A stretch of 64,000 nt of DNA from assembly GCA_017479865.1 (NCBI GenBank), contig JAFVBS010000003.1, forward strand, positions 3,108-67,107, given 5' to 3'. The position numbers were made by a program, and so were the translations under genes. This document shows positions 32,698-43,166 of the stretch, piece after piece; positions within the stretch are counted from its first letter, which is position 1, and every line of letters starts with the position of its first letter. The notes beneath the pieces were generated by a model. The model did not search any database, was not told where the DNA came from, and saw nothing but the letters and a program-made list of their open reading frames with translations. This DNA is from Clostridia bacterium (GTDB lineage: Bacteria > Bacillota > Clostridia > TANB77 > CAG-508).

Positions 32698-34379
32698 GAC
32701 TTAGGTATGACATTGACTGTTTGCTGATGAGAATAAACCACCATACCAGGTTTTGACTTGCTTGGTTTTTTTACATATTTCACATAGGTATAATCTACTG
32801 GTACATTGGAAGACTGATTTGCCTTACTATAATAGGCGCTAATAGCGGCTACTTGATTAATTGTTTCCTGAGAAGGCTTTTTTCCTTCTGTTTTTAAAAT
32901 AACATGACTTCCATGAATACCCTGCGTGTGGAACCAAAGGTCCTCTGAACTTGCCAACTTGGTTGTTAAGTAATCATTTTGCTGGTTATTTTTCCCAACC
33001 AATATCGTAAAACCATCTATTATATATTTTAATATTTTAATTTCCTCGTTATTACGCTTAACATTTTTTTCCTTTCCTTGACTTGAAGAAGAAATTAAAG
33101 TTCCTTGAATTTCATCATAAATACTATCCAATTCTCTTATACTTTGGGCAATTTGAAGTTCATAAACAATGCTTTCTAAATAATTAATTTCTTTTTCAAT
33201 TTTAATTTTTTGTTTACTAACAATTTCTTGAGTATTTTTTAGTTTGTGATATTTCTTAAAATATTTTTTTGCATTTTCGGCAGGGCTAAGGCTAACGTCA
33301 AGTGGAATTTTAATTTCATTGTTATTATCATAGTAATTTTTTAATTTAACAAAAGGCACATGCTCAGAATTTAATTGGTATAGATAACTGGTAATTAATT
33401 CACCGTAAAGTTGATAGGTTTCTATATGATTGCACTCTTTTAACTTTTCGTCTATTCCAATTAATTTCTTTTGAATTTTTTTCAATTTATTTAAAATTAC
33501 ATTTAACATGCTATTTCGATAATTGATAAGCTCTTCTTGTAATTCCTTTTGCATATAAAAATCATCTAAAAAGAAATTCACTGCTAAAGAATTTTCTTTT
33601 TCTTTCATTTCTAAAGTATAGTCCTCTTCAAAAGAAACAAGGGAAACTTTTTGCTCTTGACAAGCTTGATACAATCTTAAAAGATAGGAAAATAGACAAG
33701 CTAAATGATCATAAGTTAGAATATCTGGAAGAGCAAGTTTTTTCATACTACTTTTTAGCAATTGTTTACTAATTCCAGCAAAGTGTGTAAGAACATAAGA
33801 TGAAAAGCCAAGGGAAGAGTTTTTTATTTCTGAATTTTGCAATATTTCGTCTAAAGCAATTTGAGTAATATCGGCTTTGTTAGCTTGAGGCAAAGAATAT
33901 TCATAACCAGGTAAAATGTTGCGTAAAGCACCAGAAAAAGTATCAAAATGCCTTAAGGCATCGATGATATTATTTTTTTCATTTACTAAAATAACATTGC
34001 TATGTTTTCCCATTAATTCCACAATTAATTTTTTCGTAATCACATCATTTAGCTCATTATAACCCTCTAGTTCTATAGTAATAATACGCTCTAAGCCATG
34101 GCAAAGAATATCCTTAACTTTATATCCAATCAAATGCTTTCTCAAAGTCATACAAAAGTTGGGTGCATTTAATGGATTAGGCTTGGCATTTGTTGTTAAA
34201 TATGCTCCATAATGTGAGGAGGAAATGTTAAGACATAATGCGTATTTTAAGTGATGTGCATAAATTCCTAATAAAATTTCGTTTTTATTGGGTTCATATA
34301 TTTTAGTAACTTTTCCGCCCAATAAACATTTTTTTAATTCTGCAATTACTGCATTTGTTACAAAACCATCAAAAGCCAT
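32670..34379 (-). CDS. rqcH: Rqc2 homologue RqcH (NFACT family, fibronectin-binding protein A type)
   Basis: N-terminal NFACT-N MAFDGFV..., coiled-coil middle, C-terminal NFACT-R/DUF814 (WFHTQGIHGSHVIL); start after aaggagg RBS. Confidence 0.8.
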   Translation of the reverse strand: MAFDGFVTNAVIAELKKCLLGGKVTKIYEPNKNEILLGIYAHHLKYALCLNISSSHYGAYLTTNAKPNPLNAPNFCMTLRKHLIGYKVKDILCHGLERIITIELEGYNELNDVITKKLIVELMGKHSNVILVNEKNNIIDALRHFDTFSGALRNILPGYEYSLPQANKADITQIALDEILQNSEIKNSSLGFSSYVLTHFAGISKQLLKSSMKKLALPDILTYDHLACLFSYLLRLYQACQEQKVSLVSFEEDYTLEMKEKENSLAVNFFLDDFYMQKELQEELINYRNSMLNVILNKLKKIQKKLIGIDEKLKECNHIETYQLYGELITSYLYQLNSEHVPFVKLKNYYDNNNEIKIPLDVSLSPAENAKKYFKKYHKLKNTQEIVSKQKIKIEKEINYLESIVYELQIAQSIRELDSIYDEIQGTLISSSSQGKEKNVKRNNEEIKILKYIIDGFTILVGKNNQQNDYLTTKLASSEDLWFHTQGIHGSHVILKTEGKKPSQETINQVAAISAYYSKANQSSNVPVDYTYVKYVKKPSKSKPGMVVYSHQQTVNVIPKSEKNSLLFE

Positions 34380-34524
34380 GTAATTAAACCTCCTTCTAGC
34401 AAAGTCAATCATACCACATTCTTGAAAAATTCGCAAATTTTTTAAATTTTTCTATTGACAGAGTACATAAGCTAGATTATAATACTTTCATAGGGTTTAC
34501 ATCATAGGAGGTAGCTTAAGAAAC

Positions 34525-35184
34525 ATGGACAATGCAAACGTATTTTATTCTTCAGAAATAGAGTATCAAAATATCAAAGACGAAGACTTAATAAAAATGA
34601 TTAGGTCTAGTAACAAGTCGGCTCTTGAACACTTAATTAATCGTTACAAAAACCTGGTCAATATGAAGGTAAGCAAATATTATATGGTGGGAGCAGAAAG
34701 AGAGGATATTGTTCAAGAGGGATTGATTGGGCTCTTTAAGGCAATTAAAGATTACCAATTTGAAAAAGAAAATTCTTTTCGAACTTTTGCGAATGTTTGT
34801 ATTGAAAGGCAACTAATTACAGCAATTAAAACCTCTAACCGTCAAAAGCATATGCCACTCAATTCATATTTATCATTAAACATGAATGCTTATGATAATG
34901 AAGAAGAAAATAGCAATGATGCAGATTTAATGGAAATTTTCAATAGCAACTTAGTAGAGGACCCTTTAGATACCATTACAAAAAAAGAATATTATCAAAC
35001 AGTAGAAAATGCTATAGATAAATCTTTAAGCAATTTTGAAAAACAGGTATTGAGTCATTATATGCAAGGAGAAAGCTATGTTCAAATTGCAGAAAAGCTA
35101 GATACACCTGTAAAATCAGTTGATAATGCCATCCAACGTATTCGAAAAAAAGCGATTAAAGAAATGCCAAATGATATGAATTAA
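34525..35184 (+). CDS. sigH: RNA polymerase sigma factor SigH (sigma-70 family, sporulation initiation)
   Basis: 219 aa; region 2 (DIVQEGLIGLFKAI) and region 4 HTH; close resemblance to Firmicute SigH. Confidence 0.8.
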   Translation: MDNANVFYSSEIEYQNIKDEDLIKMIRSSNKSALEHLINRYKNLVNMKVSKYYMVGAEREDIVQEGLIGLFKAIKDYQFEKENSFRTFANVCIERQLITAIKTSNRQKHMPLNSYLSLNMNAYDNEEENSNDADLMEIFNSNLVEDPLDTITKKEYYQTVENAIDKSLSNFEKQVLSHYMQGESYVQIAEKLDTPVKSVDNAIQRIRKKAIKEMPNDMN

Positions 35185-35220
35185 ATAAATATGTCAAAAT
35201 TCTAATTTTGACATTCAAGT

Positions 35221-35296
35221 GCTTCTATAGCTCAGTAGGTAGAGCGCAGCCATGGTAAGGCTGAGGTCGTGGGTTCGATTCCCACTGGAAGCTCCA
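35221..35296 (+). tRNA. tRNA-Thr (anticodon GGU), CCA encoded
   Basis: 76 nt cloverleaf: acceptor gcttcta/tggaagc, D-arm gctc..gagc, anticodon stem cagcc/ggctg with loop atGGTaa, T-arm gtggg-ttcgatt-cccac, 3' CCA. Confidence 0.85.
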
Positions 35297-35321
35297 TTTT
35301 AGTGTAACGAAGGAGAAGAGA

Positions 35322-36599
35322 ATGAAAGATGATGCAAAAAAAGTAATGAGTAACAAAATTTTATGGGGAACCATCATTCTAGCATTAGTCATTGTTGTTA
35401 CTACAGAGGTGGCAGTGGTAATGATAAGACAATCTAGAACCGAAACTGTAAAAGCGGAAGCAAATCTAAAAGATAGTTCATCTTCAACCAATATTATACA
35501 AGATGTTAATGATATTGAAGATATTACTAATATAGAATATGCTTCAGAGGAACAATTAAACAAAATCAGTGAAAAAGTGGCTGAAGAAACAAAAAAGCAA
35601 GAAAAGGCCAAAGAAGAAAAAAAGAAAAATACTCAAAAAACAACTACTACCACTACAGAAACAAAAAAGAAATATTATATTAAAGTCAATTATGGGGCGC
35701 AAGTAGTCAATGTATATACCTATGATAAAAATGGCAACTATACAGTACCTGTAAAAGCTTTTGTATGTTCTACAGGAACAGCAACACCAACTTCTGGCGT
35801 ATATAAAATTCCTTATAAAATTAATTGGTGCAAAATGTATGGAGACGTATGGGCACATTATTGCAGTGTGATTGTTGGAAGTCCATCTATTTTATTCCAT
35901 TCAGTACCATCACTACAACCGAATGAGCATTCATTAGAATATTGGGCATATGACAAGCTTGGAACGAAAGCTTCCATGGGATGTGTTAGACTTACTACCA
36001 GAGATGCAAAATGGATTTTTGATAATGTGTCAATTGGAACGAGTGTAGAATTTTATTCAAGTTCTAATCCAGGTCCCTTAGGTAAACCAATAGCACAAAA
36101 AATTTCAAATGCACCTGGAGATTTAAAAAATTGGGATCCAACAGACCCAGTGGCTAACAATCCTTGGAGAAACTACCATCCAGAAGAGCATGCAAACACA
36201 CAAACCAATGGACAAAATGCTAATGTAGTGAATAATGCGGTGTCAGACAGCAAAAATACCACTAATACACAGCAAAGCAATAACGCAACTCAAAACAGTC
36301 AAACTACTCAAAATCAACAAAATAATATTACACAAAATACGCAAATAACAAATAGCGCAAATAACCAGTCGCAAAACCAGCAAACAGCGAACGGACAGAT
36401 ACAAAACAGTCAAACTAATCATGAAATAACGTCAGGAAATCAACCAACAAACAACACAACTAACGGTCAAACACAAAATAGCCAATTAAACAGTGCAAAT
36501 AATGAAGTTAATCAACAGCAGCAAAACGACTTGCAACAAAACAATTTACAACAAAACAGCTTGACCAATAATAACACTATGACTAATACACAACATTAA
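35322..36599 (+). CDS. L,D-transpeptidase (YkuD domain) with N-terminal TM anchor and ~150 aa C-terminal N/Q/T-rich low-complexity tail
   Basis: H...SMGCVRLT catalytic motif; tail NTQTNGQNANVVNN...QQNNLQQNSLTNNN. Confidence 0.7.
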   Translation: MKDDAKKVMSNKILWGTIILALVIVVTTEVAVVMIRQSRTETVKAEANLKDSSSSTNIIQDVNDIEDITNIEYASEEQLNKISEKVAEETKKQEKAKEEKKKNTQKTTTTTTETKKKYYIKVNYGAQVVNVYTYDKNGNYTVPVKAFVCSTGTATPTSGVYKIPYKINWCKMYGDVWAHYCSVIVGSPSILFHSVPSLQPNEHSLEYWAYDKLGTKASMGCVRLTTRDAKWIFDNVSIGTSVEFYSSSNPGPLGKPIAQKISNAPGDLKNWDPTDPVANNPWRNYHPEEHANTQTNGQNANVVNNAVSDSKNTTNTQQSNNATQNSQTTQNQQNNITQNTQITNSANNQSQNQQTANGQIQNSQTNHEITSGNQPTNNTTNGQTQNSQLNSANNEVNQQQQNDLQQNNLQQNSLTNNNTMTNTQH

Positions 36600-36628
36600 G
36601 AAATATCAAGGAAGGAGAAAAACGCAAC

Positions 36629-37720
36629 ATGAAAATGGGAATTGTAGGACTTCCTAATGTGGGAAAGAGTACACTTTTTAATGCTATTACAAAAGCAGGA
36701 GCAGAATGTGCCAATTATCCTTTCTGTACTATTGAACCAAATGTAGGAATTGTACCAGTACCAGATGAAAGATTGGAAGAACTTGCTAAAATTTATCATC
36801 CTGAAAAAGTAACACATGCTGTCATTGAATTTGTAGATATTGCAGGATTGGTAAAAGGTGCAAGCCACGGAGAGGGATTGGGAAATAAGTTTTTATCACA
36901 CATTCGTGAGGTAGATAGTATTGTAGAGGTAGTAAGATGCTTCGAAAATTCTAACATTGTACATGTCGATGGAAGCATTGATCCGATTCGTGATATTGAA
37001 ACAATTAATTTGGAGTTAATTTTGGCTGACATTGAGACAGTACAAAAGAGATTAGAGGGGACAGAAAAGAAATTAAAAGCGGATAAAAAGTATCAAATCG
37101 AAATTGATCTTTTAAAAAAAATCAAGGCATGCCTAGAAGAGGGAAAAGCGGCTAGAACATTATCTTTAAATGAGGAAGAACAAAAAATCATCAAAGATTC
37201 TTATCTTTTAACAATGAAACCAGTTTTATACATTGCTAATGTTTCAGAAGAACAATTAGAAAATGCCTATGAAGATGATAATGTTAAAAAGGTTTGTGAA
37301 TATGCAAAATTAGAGAATGCAGAGGTAATTCCTCTTTGTGTCAAGATAGAAGAAGAATTAGCAAGCTTAGATGAAGAAGAACAAAAAGAAATGCTAGGAG
37401 CATTGGGATTGAAAGAGTCAGGACTGGACAAAGTAGTCAAAGCAAGCTATAATTTACTGGGATTGATGTCTTTCTTAACAGCGGGAGAGCCTGAGGTAAG
37501 AGCATGGACTATCAGAAGGGGAACAAAAGCACCTCAGGCAGCAGGAAAAATACATAGCGACATCGAAAGAGGTTTCATTAGGGCAGAAATTGTTTCTTAT
37601 TCAGATTTAATTGAAAATGGAAGTTTGAATACGGTAAAAGAAAAGGGACTTATGCGTTCCGAAGGAAAAGACTATGTTATGCAAGACGGAGATGTTGTTC
37701 TATTTCGATTTAATGTATAA
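36629..37720 (+). CDS. ychF: ribosome-binding ATPase YchF (Obg-family GTPase)
   Basis: 363 aa; GIVGLPNVGKST G1 motif, TGS domain at the C-terminus. Confidence 0.9.
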   Translation: MKMGIVGLPNVGKSTLFNAITKAGAECANYPFCTIEPNVGIVPVPDERLEELAKIYHPEKVTHAVIEFVDIAGLVKGASHGEGLGNKFLSHIREVDSIVEVVRCFENSNIVHVDGSIDPIRDIETINLELILADIETVQKRLEGTEKKLKADKKYQIEIDLLKKIKACLEEGKAARTLSLNEEEQKIIKDSYLLTMKPVLYIANVSEEQLENAYEDDNVKKVCEYAKLENAEVIPLCVKIEEELASLDEEEQKEMLGALGLKESGLDKVVKASYNLLGLMSFLTAGEPEVRAWTIRRGTKAPQAAGKIHSDIERGFIRAEIVSYSDLIENGSLNTVKEKGLMRSEGKDYVMQDGDVVLFRFNV

Positions 37721-37902
37721 AGATACTTTTATAAAATAAAAAAATGAAGAAATTTGTGAAAAAATGTAAAAAAAGTATTGACGAGAAATTTTTTTAAGTA
37801 TAAAATAAGGAAGAGTTAAGGAGTAGCTTTATGAATATTTTATAATATTTTGTAAACACTACTAACAAAAGAAATTTTGAAAGAAAAGGAGAAAAGAAAA
37901 TA

Positions 37903-38250
37903 ATGAAAAACAAGAAATTAATTTTAGTATTTGTAATGGTAATTTTGGCCTTAGTAGCAATGGTAGGTTATGTAAATGCAAGTGACGATTTAGATATTCA
38001 GATTATAACTAACAATCAACAAAATGATAAAAATAATGCTAATGCTGTAGCAAACAATAATGTTGCAAATGAAAATGTTACACCAAATCTAAATAACACA
38101 CAAAATACGGTTAATGTAGCTAATAATAATACAGTTTTACCACAGACCGGTGTAGAAGAAAATACAATTGTATTTGTTGCTTTCATTGCAATATTTGCAG
38201 TATCAGCAGTTTATGCTTATAAAAAAATTAGAGATTACAAAAACGTGTAA
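37903..38250 (+). CDS. small LPXTG cell-wall-anchored protein (signal peptide, N-rich linker, LPQTG, TM, KKIRDYK tail)
   Basis: 115 aa; canonical sortase sorting signal. Confidence 0.7.
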   Translation: MKNKKLILVFVMVILALVAMVGYVNASDDLDIQIITNNQQNDKNNANAVANNNVANENVTPNLNNTQNTVNVANNNTVLPQTGVEENTIVFVAFIAIFAVSAVYAYKKIRDYKNV

Positions 38251-38293
38251 ATAAAAATATTTAAATAAAATAACTATCTGCAAAGCAAGATAG

Positions 38294-38929
38294 TTATTTT
38301 TTATGTTCTTTTGCCTTCACTACCAAGCGCCTTCCATTTACATTATTGCATGTCAATAGCGTGATAATTCTATTATTTTCCACTTCTTGTGAAGTACAAC
38401 TTAAATCACTGGGAATTACTTCGTATTTATCATAAACTTCATAAATGATTTCAACTCCGGATAAGTCAAACACAGAAATTAAATCACCTAGTTCTAAGTC
38501 ATGAAGCAGACTAAAAAAGTGATTATCAACCAAATTATGACCTGCAATACAAAGATTTCCGGTTTTATTTGGCATAGGACCGGCAAAACGGCACAGTGAA
38601 ATTTTAAGTAAATCACGGCTACTTTGAGATAAAATAGGGTAATTTAGATGAATTTTATCAATTTTGAGTATTCCAATTACAAAGGGATTTAAAACGGTTT
38701 GTTCGGCATTTGCTTTTTCAATTATCATATTTTCATTTGTTCCATATAAAGTAGTGATATTGTAGCCTTTGAATAGTTCTTGAGATATTTTTCTTGTTTG
38801 ACTATTTTGATACATCTGCCAGGAAAGAAATAAGAAAAAAAGTATTGCAAAAATTAAAGAAAAAATTAATTGGAATTGATAGTGCTTTTTCGGTATTTTG
38901 TCTGTTTTTTGTATTAGTATTTGATTCAT
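38294..38929 (-). CDS. sortase (transpeptidase, class B/C-like) with N-terminal membrane anchor
   Basis: 211 aa; IAGHN His and TLLTC catalytic Cys motifs; convergent with the LPXTG gene. Confidence 0.75.
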   Translation of the reverse strand: MNQILIQKTDKIPKKHYQFQLIFSLIFAILFFLFLSWQMYQNSQTRKISQELFKGYNITTLYGTNENMIIEKANAEQTVLNPFVIGILKIDKIHLNYPILSQSSRDLLKISLCRFAGPMPNKTGNLCIAGHNLVDNHFFSLLHDLELGDLISVFDLSGVEIIYEVYDKYEVIPSDLSCTSQEVENNRIITLLTCNNVNGRRLVVKAKEHKK

Positions 38930-39207
38930 GTTGTGTCATTTTTCCTCCTTGTATCACTTTATTATTATTATAAACAATCGAGCAAAAAATATGAAAGCAA
39001 ATGAATAAAATGTGCAAAAAAAATTTACGATTAATGTATTTTTAGGTAAAAGTAATGTGCAGAACCATAAAGGTATTAAAATTTTAGAAAGTAAATTTAA
39101 TGTATATATTTCTAAAAAAATTTCAAAAAAAGTATGCAAAAATTAGCCAACATATGATAGAATATAGAAAGTTAAAATTAAAATAAAAAATATTTTAAGG
39201 AGAGTGA

Positions 39208-39921
39208 ATGCAATTGCCAGAACTAAAGTATAAAAGAGTATTGTTAAAGCTTAGTGGAGAAGCTTTAGCAGGAGAAAAAAAACAAGGAATTGACGCAGAA
39301 ACATTAGGAAAAATATGCGATCAAATCAAAGTGCTCATTGAAATGAAAGCTGAGGTTGCTATTGTCATTGGTGGAGGAAATTTTTGGAGAGGAAAATATG
39401 GACATCAAATGGAAAGAACCACTTCTGATTACATGGGAATGTTGGCAACAGCAATGAATGGCTTAGCATTGCAAGATGCTTTAGAAGCAAGAGGAATTTT
39501 CGCTAGATTACAAACTGCCATTGAAATGAGAGAAATAGGAGAACCATATATTCAAAGAAAGGCGACAAAGCATCTACAAAAAGGAAGAGTTGTTATTTTT
39601 AGTTGTGGAACCGGAAATCCATATTTCACAACCGATACGGCAGCCGCATTAAGAGCAGCCGAAGTCAATGCAGAGGTAATCTTAGTAGGCAAGACGATTG
39701 ATGCCGTTTACTCAGATGACCCAAAGACTAATCCAAATGCTGTCCGCTATGAGCAGATTAGCTATTTAGATATTTTAAATAGGGATTTAAAAGTAATGGA
39801 TGCGACAGCCATTTCACTTTGCAAAGAAAACAACATTCCATTAATTGTATTTGGAATTGCACAGCCAGAGAATATGGTAAAAGCAATTCAAGGAGAAAAG
39901 GTAGGAACATTTATTCAATAA
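39208..39921 (+). CDS. pyrH: UMP kinase
   Basis: 237 aa; KLSGEAL, GGGNFWRG motifs. Confidence 0.9.
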   Translation: MQLPELKYKRVLLKLSGEALAGEKKQGIDAETLGKICDQIKVLIEMKAEVAIVIGGGNFWRGKYGHQMERTTSDYMGMLATAMNGLALQDALEARGIFARLQTAIEMREIGEPYIQRKATKHLQKGRVVIFSCGTGNPYFTTDTAAALRAAEVNAEVILVGKTIDAVYSDDPKTNPNAVRYEQISYLDILNRDLKVMDATAISLCKENNIPLIVFGIAQPENMVKAIQGEKVGTFIQ

Positions 39922-39975
39922 AACCAAACAAAGTGTTTTGAAAAATAAAATATTTTTAGAAAAGGAGAAGAAACA

Positions 39976-40521
39976 ATGAATTCAATTTATGAAGAAAAAA
40001 TGAGTAAAACAATTAGTGTATTTCAAGAAAATTTATCAGAAATTAGGGCTGGAAGAGCAAATCCTGCAATTTTAAATAAAATTACAGTAGACTATTATGG
40101 TGTACCTACTCCAATTGGTCAAGTGGCAGGAATTTCAGTTCCTGAGGCTAGAATGATTTTAATTCAACCATGGGATATGAACTTGTTAAAAGAAATCGAA
40201 AAGGAAATTTTAAAATCAGATATTGGAATTAATCCAAATAATGATGGAAAAGTCATAAGACTAGTATTCCCTGAATTAAATGAAGAAAGAAGAAAAGAAA
40301 TTGTAAAAGATATTAGAAAGCTAGCTGAGGAAACAAAGGTTGCAATACGCTCCATCAGAAGGGATGCAATTGATAAAGCAAAAGAAATGCAAAAAAATGC
40401 TGAGATTACAGAGGATGATCTAAAAGTAGAAGAAGATAACATTCAAAAATTAACAGACAAAAATATTGCAAAAATTGATGAAATTTTAGCAGCAAAAGAA
40501 AAAGAAATAATGAGTATTTAA
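39976..40521 (+). CDS. frr: ribosome recycling factor
   Basis: 181 aa; canonical RRF sequence (RAGRANPAIL...). Confidence 0.9.
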   Translation: MNSIYEEKMSKTISVFQENLSEIRAGRANPAILNKITVDYYGVPTPIGQVAGISVPEARMILIQPWDMNLLKEIEKEILKSDIGINPNNDGKVIRLVFPELNEERRKEIVKDIRKLAEETKVAIRSIRRDAIDKAKEMQKNAEITEDDLKVEEDNIQKLTDKNIAKIDEILAAKEKEIMSI

Positions 40522-40534
40522 ATAAGGAGAAGTT

Positions 40535-41245
40535 ATGGAAGAAGAAAAAAAAATGCCATCCCATATTGCTATTATTATGGATGGAAATAGAAGATGGGCA
40601 AAAGAGCGAAACCTAGATCCAAAATTAGGACATAAAGCAGGCGCTGAGACACTAGAAAAAATTGCAAAATATGCTAATCAAATAGGAATTCAGTATTTGA
40701 CTGTGTATGCTTTTTCAACAGAAAATTGGAAAAGAGCAAAAGAAGAAGTAGGCGCTTTAATGTTTTTGCTTAAAAGTTATTTGGAAGATTTTTTGTCAAG
40801 AACAAGTTTAGATAATATCAAACTAAATATTTTAGGTGATGTTTCTAAATTAGATGGGGGCTTACAAAAAAGCATTTATAAGCTCATGGAAAAAACAAAA
40901 AACAATACAGGACTCACTTTGAATATTGCTTTCAATTATGGTGGAAGAGATGAAATTATCAAAGCAACACAGAAAATAGCACGAAAGGTACAGGATGGAG
41001 AAATAGCAATAGATGACATTAACGAAGAATTATTCTCTGAACATTTATATACGGCTGGGCAACCTGATCCGGATTTGCTCATTCGACCAGGAGGAGAAGA
41101 AAGAATTAGTAACTATTTGTTGTGGCAACTTGCTTATACAGAATTTTTATTTATTCCAAAATATTGGCCTGATTTCTCAGAGCAGGATTTAGACCAAGCA
41201 ATCGATATTTTTAGACAAAGAAATAGAAAATTTGGAGCAAAATAG
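40535..41245 (+). CDS. uppS: isoprenyl transferase (undecaprenyl diphosphate synthase)
   Basis: HIAIIMDGNRRWA and FSTENW cis-prenyltransferase motifs. Confidence 0.85.
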   Translation: MEEEKKMPSHIAIIMDGNRRWAKERNLDPKLGHKAGAETLEKIAKYANQIGIQYLTVYAFSTENWKRAKEEVGALMFLLKSYLEDFLSRTSLDNIKLNILGDVSKLDGGLQKSIYKLMEKTKNNTGLTLNIAFNYGGRDEIIKATQKIARKVQDGEIAIDDINEELFSEHLYTAGQPDPDLLIRPGGEERISNYLLWQLAYTEFLFIPKYWPDFSEQDLDQAIDIFRQRNRKFGAK

Positions 41246-41263
41246 AGAAAGGAAATAAAAGTT

Positions 41264-42082
41264 ATGGACAATCTTAAAAGAGTGTTATCAGCGCTTATTT
41301 TATTCCCGATTGTAGCAATTGTTTTGATTTTTGGCAACCAATATTTTGTTGATGGAGTAATTGCAGTGATTGCCATCATGAGTTTGTATGAATTTTATAA
41401 AGCATTTAGAACAGGAAATAAAGCAAACCCCATTAATTGGGTAGGGTATATAATAGCTACTGTTGCTATTGTGCCAATGCATATGATTCCCTCTCAATGG
41501 ATTTTAAAAGTTATTGGAGCCATTATTCCAATTTCAATTTTAATTTTATTTGCTACTGTTATCTTTACCAATTTAAAAACCAATATCAAAGATATTGCCA
41601 TAACCATTTTAGGCATTTGCTATATTGTCCTTTTTATGATGTTTTTGCCAATTATTAGAGAAAACCTCACAAATGGAAAAATACTTATCTGGTTTGTATT
41701 TTTTGCAGCATGGGGCACTGATGTTTTTGCATTCTGGATTGGAAGAAAATTTGGAAAACATAAATTTACACAAATTAGTCCTAACAAAACAATTGAAGGA
41801 TGCATTGGAGGAACAATAGGTGCCATTGCTGTAGTAGTTATCTATGCAATTATTTGCAATCAGGTATGGAACTTACAATTTAATTATTTTTACATAACAA
41901 TGATGGGACTTGTTTTAAGTATTCTTAGTCAATTTGGCGATTTGGCAGCGTCAGCAATTAAACGCTACACGGGCATTAAAGATTTTAGTGAGCTAATTCC
42001 AGGTCATGGAGGAATGCTTGACAGAATTGACAGTATTCTATTTATTGCACCATTTGCATATTTCCTATTGATGTTGATTTAA
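41264..42082 (+). CDS. cdsA: phosphatidate cytidylyltransferase
   Basis: 272 aa polytopic; C-terminal CTP-transferase signature (SxxKRxxGxKDxGxxxPGHGGxxDRxD). Confidence 0.85.
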   Translation: MDNLKRVLSALILFPIVAIVLIFGNQYFVDGVIAVIAIMSLYEFYKAFRTGNKANPINWVGYIIATVAIVPMHMIPSQWILKVIGAIIPISILILFATVIFTNLKTNIKDIAITILGICYIVLFMMFLPIIRENLTNGKILIWFVFFAAWGTDVFAFWIGRKFGKHKFTQISPNKTIEGCIGGTIGAIAVVVIYAIICNQVWNLQFNYFYITMMGLVLSILSQFGDLAASAIKRYTGIKDFSELIPGHGGMLDRIDSILFIAPFAYFLLMLI

Positions 42083-42110
42083 GATAAAAAAGTATAAAGG
42101 AGAATGAAAT

Positions 42111-43118
42111 TTGCTTACATTTATCATCACCGCAATTAAAATAATTTTTATTTTGGGCTTTCTTGTGTTCATTCACGAGGGAGGACACTTTTTAGTTGCT
42201 AAACTATGCAAAATTAAGGTTAATGAGTTTGCCGTTGGCTTTGGCCCTACTATTTGGAAAAGGCAAGGTAAAGAAACAAAATATGCACTGCGTATCATTC
42301 CTTTAGGAGGTTTTGTTAGCCTTGAGGGAGAAGAGCAACAGTCTAATGCGGAAGACTCTTTTAGCAGAGCCAGTATTCCAAAGCGCATTGCAGTAGTGAT
42401 GGCAGGAGGGCTAGTTAACATTGTATTTGCTCTTATTGTATACTTTATTTTAATGGCATCCTTAGGTAACAATATTTCTACCACTATTGATCAAGTAATA
42501 GGAGGAACTCAAGCACAAGTAGTTGGACTTCAAGCAAATGATAAAATTGTAACCATTAATCATAAAAAAATCCATAATAAATATGATTTTGATAAAGCAC
42601 TAGGGGCTTGTACGGGAGAAGATGTTACTGTCACGGTAGAAAGAGAAGGAAAAACATTCACATTCACTTTTAAGCCTGTAGAAGAAAATTCTCACTATTA
42701 CTTAGGAGTATACTTAAAGAGGGCAGAGCAAAACTTAGGCAACAATTTGTATTATGCTTTTTATGATACAGAAAGTTTTGCATTTTCCATTATTGATAAT
42801 CTCAAAATGCTATTTACTGGGCATGTATCAATTGACCAATTTATGGGGCCAGTAGGAATTGGAGAAGTGGTAGCACAAACAACAAAATTTGCAGACTTTA
42901 TTTATATCTTAGCATTGGTTTCCCTTTCATTGGGAGTTACCAACCTTTTACCATTTCCACCTTTAGATGGAGGAAAAGTGATTATTTTACTACTAGAAGC
43001 TATTCGCAAAAAGCCACTCAAAGAGCAAACAGAAATGGCGATTCAATCAATCGGATTTATTATTTTGATTGGACTTTCTATTTATGTAACCTATAATGAT
43101 ATTTTGAGAATATTTTAA
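42111..43118 (+). CDS. rseP: RIP metalloprotease RseP (site-2 protease)
   Basis: TTG start after aaggag RBS; HEGGHF zinc motif, PDZ domain, LDGG motif. Confidence 0.85.
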   Translation: MLTFIITAIKIIFILGFLVFIHEGGHFLVAKLCKIKVNEFAVGFGPTIWKRQGKETKYALRIIPLGGFVSLEGEEQQSNAEDSFSRASIPKRIAVVMAGGLVNIVFALIVYFILMASLGNNISTTIDQVIGGTQAQVVGLQANDKIVTINHKKIHNKYDFDKALGACTGEDVTVTVEREGKTFTFTFKPVEENSHYYLGVYLKRAEQNLGNNLYYAFYDTESFAFSIIDNLKMLFTGHVSIDQFMGPVGIGEVVAQTTKFADFIYILALVSLSLGVTNLLPFPPLDGGKVIILLLEAIRKKPLKEQTEMAIQSIGFIILIGLSIYVTYNDILRIF

Positions 43119-43166
43119 GGATTATAAAACAATATTTCAAGGAAATAGAATAAAAGGATTAAATCA

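Noticed and set aside
32670-32700. Whether the rqcH ORF running through the terminator hairpin indicates a wrong stop
   Set aside because: The final residues (...KNSLLFE*) are encoded by the hairpin itself. Gene 3' ends commonly overlap intrinsic terminators, so there is no evidence of a frameshift.
35225-35611. 128 aa minus-strand ORF overlapping tRNA-Thr
   Set aside because: Its C-terminus is simply the reverse translation of the tRNA gene and the rest is antisense to the 35322 gene start; spurious
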